64,000 nucleotides of DNA from Marsupella aquatica (lineage: Eukaryota; Plantae; Marchantiophyta). The position numbers and the translations under genes are program-made. Each line of letters begins with the position of its first letter. The first letter of the stretch is position 1. The notes beneath the pieces were generated by a model. That model was not told the origin of the DNA, searched no databases, and saw nothing but the letters and a program-made list of their open reading frames with translations. Location of the stretch: assembly GCA_973895155.1 (NCBI GenBank), contig OZ316897.1, forward strand, positions 9,075,832-9,139,831, given 5' to 3'. This document shows, in pieces, positions 55,640 to 64,000 of this stretch.

Positions 55640-58600
55640 TCATGTGGCAGCTAGCTCGGGCTCTGGGCTATCTGGACTATTTTCAGCAATCTTCTGTTCT
55701 ATTTGTAACGCTTCTGCCTCTTGCATGGCCTGGAAGTACACCCATTCCTTTTCAGGCACCAGCCCTGTTTTTATATCTTCGCAAATATTCTGCAAGTAGC
55801 CCCAACATCTTCAAGGTGAGCAAGACTACAATAATCAAGATTCAAAGAGCATTAGAGGATCTTCAAGGCAGAAAAACAACTACGCAAAGCTTTTACTCGA
55901 CGAAAAATGAACACGAAACAACAAGTCAACCCTTCCGACCAAGCGAAAGGGACCAAACTAACTATCAATATGCAACGATAAACTTGGGATTACAGATCAG
56001 ATGCGGAAATAAAGGGTAGAATAAGTCACAAGCGCATTAGTGTCCTGCGTAATGCACCTTATGCTTTTTTACTAAGGAGCTCCACATGGAACAACATTGC
56101 TCAGGAGTGCGCTCGTATCCAGCGTCTGCAAGGGCAAGAGCAACGCTCTTCCATAATGACTTCTTGGTCGGACCATTTCGAGCTCCAGCTTCATAAGTGC
56201 CTCGAACTTTTATTAGATGTTTTATTTCGCTCTTCTTCCACTTACGGACCTTCCTGACAGGGACTTCCATGGCTTCCGGGTTATCAGGTGCCACAGGAGG
56301 AGACTCATCCGATGTTGAAGACATTTTATGGAGATCAGGTTCTGCCTCTAGTGATGAAGATGCATGGGGCTCAGGCACTTCTACCAATGGTACGGCTGAT
56401 GACAGGGGAACAACTTCCCAATCTGCTATAGACGATGAAGAACCTTCGGGCACAGGTTCTATTGATATGGATGTTTCTACCACAGGTTCTAATGATATTG
56501 GTGTTTCTACCACATTTTCCCTTTGATCCAGAGGCAACGTAGTTTTCGAAGTAGCGGTCGATCCATTGTCCATGACTCGTACTGCATACAACGAAAATTC
56601 CGGCGGTTAATAGCAAAGTTCAGGGAGCTAACTCTAATTGCTCCATTACTACGATTTTGTAACAGGGAGTTCCGAGACAATGCGTTTCTAAAATGGTTAC
56701 TAATTGGACATCCTAGACCTCATCAATCTGGAAGAAAGCAAGGAAACACAACAACAGGGCTGACGCTGTCCGACGCTTAGCAAAGAAAAATGCACCAACC
56801 ATTTTTAACACTTCTCGGATCTTTTGAGGATGTCACCACTTTGTTGATACTCTTAACTTCACCCCACTTGTTGGTCGTTGAAGGAAATGACTTCACAGAA
56901 ACACCATTTTCTTCAGAGGATCGTTGGTAAGCGTTGGTTGCAGGCGACAACGAGCCCTCTGTGGCAATTACAATCACCTCTGGCCTCCTGTTGATATACT
57001 TTTGAGTTGCCTTTCTCAAAGCTGTAGCAATCTTCCGCTCAATCTGTGGAAGGGTCGAGCCTCGCCAGCTGGTGGCAAGAGCTCCTTCAGCTGCTTTCCG
57101 CAAGTGATCCAGCAGCTTGCCTCCATCTATCCACATGCACCGGGTGGTAATGCGAATCTTACCACGTAATCCAATTTCACCTTCGTCAGCTTCATCTTGC
57201 TGTTCTGTTTTATTAACAGCTCCAGCCGGGGCTTCCTCAGGACCATCTCTCAGAACTTCCACACTGTCACCCACAATGACATACTATATTAGCATCCACT
57301 AAATTCCAACGTGCCCCACAAATTCCTCCCAATAACAATCCACTTGTAACATCTATTGTACACCGCCCGGCAGTCATAGCCTCCCTTGAGATATGAGAGG
57401 GTAACCACTGATTGACATCACACCAAACCCTGAAACGGAGAGGTCACACGGACGACCAACTCTTACTGAAAAATGGTGATGGCCGATAACATAGCAACCT
57501 GCATAAAGATTGTAAAACCGGCAAAGACAATGTTGGATATATACCTCGCCACAATCATGCCTTCCAGAGCTATTTGCATGCGTTCGTGCAAACAGAGTTC
57601 TGTGGCTGTTCCGAATGCCCTATCCCCGTCATTGTACATTAGCTGCGGTGTAAAACGAAAGTTAGAAACTGTACTCATCAAACGAAAAAAATAGTTTAGC
57701 GAAAACGCTGCATGCATCAACGCTCTTCAGGCCTAATCAAGACGTCAGCAAATTTGACCGCAAACTAGAAATGAATTGAGAGACAAACCGATGAGACCTG
57801 TACATCAGCCTTAACGTGGAAGATGACTAAGATCCACAAATAGTAGGCAGGCAACAAAACAAGACTCGTGAGACATAAGTGAACAGACCTTGAAGTTCTC
57901 TTTTCCGAGAGAGGAAAAGCCACTGGACAAAACTCGTCCGTTTCTAAGTGGAGACACACCCAACATCTCTCCATTCTTTATGACCTGTCATGAGATATGC
58001 AACAAATGAAAACCCATTCTGGAATCGCGATCCATGCTGAAGAAATGAAGGAGGGGTAAAATCTTACTGCAGTGTGCCGAATGCCACTAGCTTTGCCAAG
58101 CAACTCATGCTCCTTCAGAAAAGAGAACTCCCCGTGAACAGGTAGGAAATGTTGTGGTTTCACTAATCTCAGCACCTCCTCCTGCACGAGAGCATTGTCA
58201 GTTGTGGTCATCGTTCGCATTTGGGTCTAAATATTTGTCACTTCCGGTCCCTCACACTATAACATTAAATAATTTACTGTTCAAAAACATCAAACTCTGA
58301 TACATGAGGTAAATTCGTTCGGAACCAAATGCGAACTGTAAGCCAAGTAGGAAATGTCCACTCATGAACTCGTACCAGTTCATCACGATATGCGTGACCA
58401 GAAGTGTGCAGGTTTTCACCCCTTCCCTGAATAATGGTAGGCCCAAGCTCAGCAATGCGATTCATCATGCGAACCACCCTTGTCTCATTCCCTGGAATCA
58501 TCTGAAAGGGAGAGGTAGTAATTGTTATTCCTACAGCATGAATACGTGTAGAGGTGGTCCTTGCTGATTCACACGGGATTCCACGTGCCCCATGTTACTC

Positions 58601-61600
58601 GGGTTAGAGCATAAGCTTGTAATGCTTTCGGTTACTGGACTCTCACCATCTAGGGTGCAGGAGAACAGCCCCGTCACTGTCCCTACATTAACCTGAGCTG
58701 ATTCGAGAACAGGTGGTCGTGCTAGTATGTTGGTATTGAAATAGAAATCTCTCTCAAACTCTAAGAAGGAGCTGAAGGATGTCAGAATATTACCTTTGCG
58801 GAATATAGAACTAAATCCTCTTTGTTCAGTTTAAGTGCCCGGCTCGTACCAAATGAAGCCAAATTCAAAGCCGCCCGAGGTTCAGCCTGAAGGAACCCAC
58901 GCAAAAGATAAAAGTCACAAATCAGACATTAGTCCTTGATATAAAAGTTGGACACATGATTCTAGCACTCTTGCATCGAACATGAACCTGTCTTACCTAA
59001 CACTTCATGATTGGAAGCTTTCCTCTCTGTCTCTGATCCTACATCGCTATCATGGCGTTTGATCCACTATTATGTGGTTACTAAGTTTTCGCAACACAGT
59101 ATGCTATCCTTGGTTCAAACGCATCATGATTCCTACGCAAAAATCTAACATACTCCACTGGTGAGTTCTCTGTACCTATTGTGAAGTAACTGTTTTCGAT
59201 TTTGCCCCGTGCACTACAGCTCAAACATGTCATGTTTACTAGGCCACCCAGAATATTGATTCGGTCAATAAAGCCAAATTATACGATAACATTGCTTTGG
59301 ATACAGACCTGTGAACCAGTGGTGACAATTAACAAGTCTCTCGGTGAGTACGATCCCATGTCTTCTGCTTTCACCTGGAAAATAAAAATGTAAGAATAGT
59401 AGAGCAATGATAACGGGAAAGTCACAAATCTGTAGTTGGTGATACATTTCACTTCTAATCTAAAACCCAATTCAGAAAAAATTGGTACACCTACACATGA
59501 TATATGCTTCGGCAGAAAGTGAAATTTGCCTCAGCAAGGTCGAGTGCTATTCTTGAACGAGCACAGAGTTTTCTGTGTCCAGAAGTGATATGAAAGATAG
59601 GAATGTAATCCATACCAGCATGGAGGGGTCAAACGGTGCTTGCCCATCCCTCCAAGCGGCTTCCAGATATGTTTTGAGTGATATTCCAATGAAGACCTGA
59701 TTGAAGTTAAAAAAGTCGATAGTTTAGTAAGCTGTGCTCCTATAGCCATTACAGAATTAATGTTCTCTGTAACAAAGTGAAGCACAGCAGTGGGGTTGGG
59801 TGCATTTGTCATTAAAGCTGGCCGGAAACGCATGAAAAATATCTACACTGGAAATCTCAATGGGCATCAGCGCTGTCTCTACCACGTGGTATTATGTAAA
59901 GCCAGACATAAACTACATCACAATGCAACTGATTGCAAGATCTTTAGTGAGCATTGAGCAACTATACCAGCTTCCGCCCAGTGGCCTCTGCAGCCGCCTT
60001 GACACTGCCCAGACGATGCACATTTGAAGCAAATTGGGTTGTGATAACTCGTCCCTTCGCAGAAGCAATGCGCCTCATCAACGCCTTTGCCACATCCGCT
60101 TCGCTTGTGGTCCTTCCAGGGGACAGAATATTTGTTGAATCACTCATCATCTGTGTTTTTAAAATACACAACCAGCTAAGATATGTTACACAACATTACT
60201 CTTGCACTTGTCCAAACCTGGCATTCTGGACCGCGTTTCATTTCAGATCTTTGTACTACGTAGTTTTGTAGATCGACGATAATCCCGATGACAAGTCCCC
60301 GTCTGATCAGTTCCTTTGACACTCCAAACAAGGTTTTCTGAAGAAGACATCACCAAAGATTTCGAATGAAACGAATGAAACGCTACAACTATAACTACAA
60401 AAAATAAGCCACTTATGCAACAGTGTTTGAGAACTCCGACGCAAATCTGCTCACCAGTGTCACACCCTCCTTTGAAAGTTGCTCGAGAGTAGTCCTATCA
60501 AAAATATTTCCATCAACAGGAGATTCATCGATCTGTGCATAACAATTGCAAAAGACATAAAATGTTAGCATTTGTTCTGTAGCATAGACAGCCCTCCTCA
60601 AGGAACAGTAAAAGCAGAACAAGCGGAGTGAACTGAGTGAGCTAAATTCAACGAGAATATTATTTACAGAATGTGTGGTGCACCACGCATAACACATTGA
60701 CATCTCTTGTCACGGTTCAGTTCTGCATACCTTCCAGTCACCTGTGTGGAAAATGGTACCGTCTTGACAACGTAGCACTAAACCACAGCAATCGGGAATA
60801 GAATGGGTGACTCGAACAGGTTCAATTTCAAATGGCCCAGCTGTAAAACGCCGACGCATTTCAAATGTTCGACATCGCCCTTCAGCAGGAATATTATACT
60901 CCTTTAAACGTGCTTTTATGAGCTGGAAAACGTAAAATAGTAAGCGCTTCGTCGGGACAGGAGAAGATTTGATTTAGAGTTATTTGATAAAGTAGGGAAC
61001 TACCATACCCACTGCCATGCCCTTCCGCTAGTCCCCGCTATCCTCCATTCATTTGCCGTCCCCAGCTTGCCATCCCTAATTCATCGCACTTACGTACGAT
61101 TCTCCTATTTCATCGCTAGATAGAGCGCATTCAAAGATAGCAATGAGCGACAACCTATCAGCCACAGATTTCTACGCGACTCTAATACTCGTCAGACAAA
61201 CTATTTTCCGATAATGAAGAAGACTACACTCAATGAGCAGTTGTTGTTGAGACAGGTACGAACTCTTTCCCAGGAATGGTCATAGCTGGCAAACAGGGTG
61301 GGAAAATAGTACCTGCATCGTGAACCCTGTCGCATATATGGGTGTCCTCGGATCTAAGGCGGGTATTACCTACGACAAGAAGAGGATGATTAAGTCAAAA
61401 GCACCACAGAAGAGTAAGGACGGTACTAGGGGAAAAGACAGTTGTGGTAATACAAGATTCAAGGCGGGTGCCAAATGTTAATCGCACATTGAAAAGACTG
61501 CCAGTGCAGCAAATTCCCTAAACCCCTAAACCCCTAAATTTCTCCCACACTAAGAAAAGTTACATAAGGGCTTCTCGTGTCTTTCCTTTAATTGCTCCTA

Positions 61601-62553
61601 CCTCTCCACTATCTATTGCAGATTTCAGAACCCGAGTATCGAGTAGAAAGCCGCAGATGAGATGTCAACAGAGAATCCATATGACAAACACAAAGAGGCA
61701 TACCCAAGGGAGAGCACCGATGTGATCCTCGTGCCCATGAGTTATGATCAAAGCTTCAATTTTATCTTTCCAACGGCGAATAAATGACGTGTCAGGTAGC
61801 ACCTTTTGGATCCCGAGTTCATCAAAACTGTCAAAAATCCACCCAGCGAGTAATTTGTACGGGTCAGAATTTACAACTTCACGTCCTTTGACATAATAGA
61901 ATCCAAAGAAAACTCTAATGTCCTTGTCCCAATCAGTAGCACAGAGCATGTCAACCACAACAGAATCAAATCTCCTGCAACTAGACTAAAAAAAAGGGTT
62001 AGATTCGAATCTAACTAGCTCTGGGAGAAATGAGTTATATGTGCAATCATGAGCACAGAGTATACCAACCGTAACGGAATGAGATCCTCTCCAACTAGAC
62101 TAGAAAGGAGGTGATTTTTGGAGTTGAATTAACTCACTCTGGGAACATGAGCCCGGCATCGATCATAATGTAGCGGTCATAGTTGCCTACAAGCATGCAG
62201 TTCATGCCAATCTCTCCCAGGCCCCCAATCGGAAGGACACGCAAGGGAGGGCCCTCCGTCCCCTCATGAAACGAGGGCATCTTCCTCTGAACAGCATCGT
62301 CCCTGCTACGATAAGCACCATCATTGGAACTGCCATTCATACGCCGCCTATTTCTATTATGTTTGCTATTACCAGCCTGCGCTCTCACGCCCTTCACCAC
62401 CACCACCCGTCCAGCAGCAGTACCAGCTCCTCTCTCCAAAAGCCTCCTCCCACCATCCCACATTGGCAACCGCCATCCCAAGTTCACGGTCGGAGAAGCA
62501 CTGTAGGGCGCACGTTGGGACACAGACCCGCAGAGCGATGAAGAGCTCCTCAT
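55640..62553 (-). CDS. RNJ: Chloroplast ribonuclease J (metallo-beta-lactamase/beta-CASP) with C-terminal GT-1/trihelix domain, ~953 aa, 16 exons
   Basis: Exons 62553-62138, 61827-61704, 61369-61313, 60922-60731, 60532-60455, 60150-59968, 59696-59616, 59374-59309, 58886-58794, 58501-58376, 58181-58068, 57984-57889, 57642-57545, 57263-56800, 56581-56058, 55789-55640 (2862 nt, in phase). Motifs: [47 protein letters not shown]; trihelix [26 protein letters not shown]; Ser/Arg-rich transit-peptide-like N-terminus. Confidence 0.96.
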
Positions 62554-63000
62554 CGGAACAGAACGGTACCAATCTACGACTACAGTTACCTGAGCACGGA
62601 GCTCTGAAATTCACAAAAAGGAATTTCGGGACCCTGCGCTCTTCGTCTGAGGCAAGGAGACGCGAAGCGAGAGCTGGAATTTCCGCTGCGGTAGTGGCCT
62701 ACGATTGTAGAAATGGAGGAAGTAGAGCTCTGCAGAGGAGAGACCGCAACAGAGCGAGATAGAGAGCGAGATGCAATTCACAAAAAGGAGATTCGAGACT
62801 CTGCGCTCATCAGAGATTGCAAAACTGGAGGAGGAAGCCCTGGAGCACGAGCTTCGAAATGCGGAGGAGGCTGCCTGCATCAGGATCTCACTCGCGTCGG
62901 CAGAGGAGACACAGAGAGAGAGACACAGAGAGAGAGAGGAGAGCGGGAGAGAGATGAGAGCTTGTTTGGGTGGATGGCTGGCTTCAAACTCGGAAGGGCG

Positions 63001-63203
63001 ACGTGGTGTGTTTCGTTATCCTTTCTGCTCTTGTGTTTGTTCTCTAGCGTACAGTTACCATGGTAATAATTTTTATTGTTTTCATTTCATTATATAGTAA
63101 CGTACGTGTGTTTCGTTATCCTTTCTGCCCTTGTGTTTGTTCTCTAGTGTACAGTTACCATGGTAATAATTTTTATTGTTTTCATTTCATTATATAGTAA
63201 CGT
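63001..63203 (+). repeat. Tandem duplication (~100 bp x2; further partial copy at 63893-64000) upstream of RNase J
   Basis: gtgtgtttcgttatcctttctgc.cttgtgtttgttctctag.gtacagttaccatggtaataat...tatagtaacgt occurs twice. Confidence 0.92.
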
Positions 63204-63289
63204 ACTGTTTATAAAGCAATTGTGAAACTAAAGCCTGGACCTCCACTTGGTCTATGAAGCTCGTGTTTTCTGGCCTGGACCTCCACTTT

Positions 63290-63843
63290 GTATAGGGTAA
63301 TGGAGGTCTGGGCGCAGGGTTACTAGGGTGTAACCTTGCGTCCGGAATATGAAAAGAAGCTGACCAGCGGTAGTCGGAAAACTTTTTTGAATATTCCAAG
63401 AGCAGGTTACAGTCTATAACCCCAGCCCAGACCTGCACTAGCATACGTAAATCCTGTCAAGAGAAGAGGTTACCGGTGTGTAACCATTTCTACAGGGGCC
63501 TGCTATAGTCATAATCTGGTGTCCTGAAAAGTTGAGCCGGTAATCTCTTTCCGGACAGGAGTTATGTACGCTAATGCAGGGCAGGGCTGGGGTTATAGGC
63601 TGTAACCTGCTCCCAAAATATTCAAAGAAGCTTCTCGGCTACCGCCGGTCAGTTTCTTTTCATATTCCGGACGCAGGGTTACAGCCTAGTAACCCTGCGC
63701 CCAGACCTGCATTACCCTATACGTAACTCTTGCCCGAAAAGAGGTTACCGGCTCTACTTTTTAGGGCAATAGATTATGACTATAGCAGGTCCCTGTAGAA
63801 ATGGTTATACACCGATAACCTCTTCTCCTGACAGGATTTACGT
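63290..63843. mobile_element. Composite inverted-repeat (MITE/foldback-like) element with A-B-A'-B' modules
   Basis: A (63290-63446) is the reverse complement of 63566-63722; B (63446-63566) is the reverse complement of 63722-63843. Each module has its own imperfect TIRs, and junctions fall at TACGTA-like sites. Confidence 0.8.
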
Positions 63844-64000
63844 CTATGAAGCTTGTGTTCTCTGGCCTGGACCTCCACTTTGTCTATGAAGCGTTTGTTC
63901 TCTAGTGTACATGGTAACTTTTATTGTAACTTTTCAATTCATTATATAGGTAACGTCCTGTTTACAAAGCAAATTTGAAACTAAAGCCTGGACCTCCACT

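Noticed and set aside
62713-63097. Plus-strand Glu/Arg-rich ORFs (coiled-coil-like)
   Set aside because: Antisense reading of the CT-rich RNase J leader and promoter; a compositional artefact.

Overview
This is eukaryotic nuclear DNA from a land plant. Gene style and repeats suggest a non-seed plant such as a bryophyte, but that is inference only. I spliced five intron-containing genes by hand; every junction is GT-AG and phase-consistent. (1) An uncharacterised protein with two RanBP2-type zinc fingers (+, 2236-6493). (2) An RD21A-type papain-like cysteine protease with a granulin domain (+, 13333-17063). (3) CTF18, the alternative RFC clamp-loader subunit (-, 25 exons, 30737-19945). (4) A fusion of an apparently metal-dead 2OG-dioxygenase fold with a PUB62/63-type U-box/RING and C-terminal domain (-, 40272-35432). 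(5) Chloroplast RNase J with a GT-1/trihelix tail (-, 62553-55640). Intergenic DNA holds pogo/Tc1-mariner-like MITEs, non-autonomous Helitron-like elements and many short tandem duplications. The most unusual signals are: a scrambled mosaic of CTF18 exon/intron fragments about 30 kb from the source gene; the pseudo-dioxygenase/E3 fusion; a 5x93-bp palindrome-bearing array in the RD21 promoter; an A-B-A'-B' interlocked inverted-repeat element upstream of RNase J; a perfect 17-bp hairpin just after the RNase J stop; and tandem duplications immediately upstream of all five genes. No tRNA, rRNA, CRISPR array or intact transposase was found.
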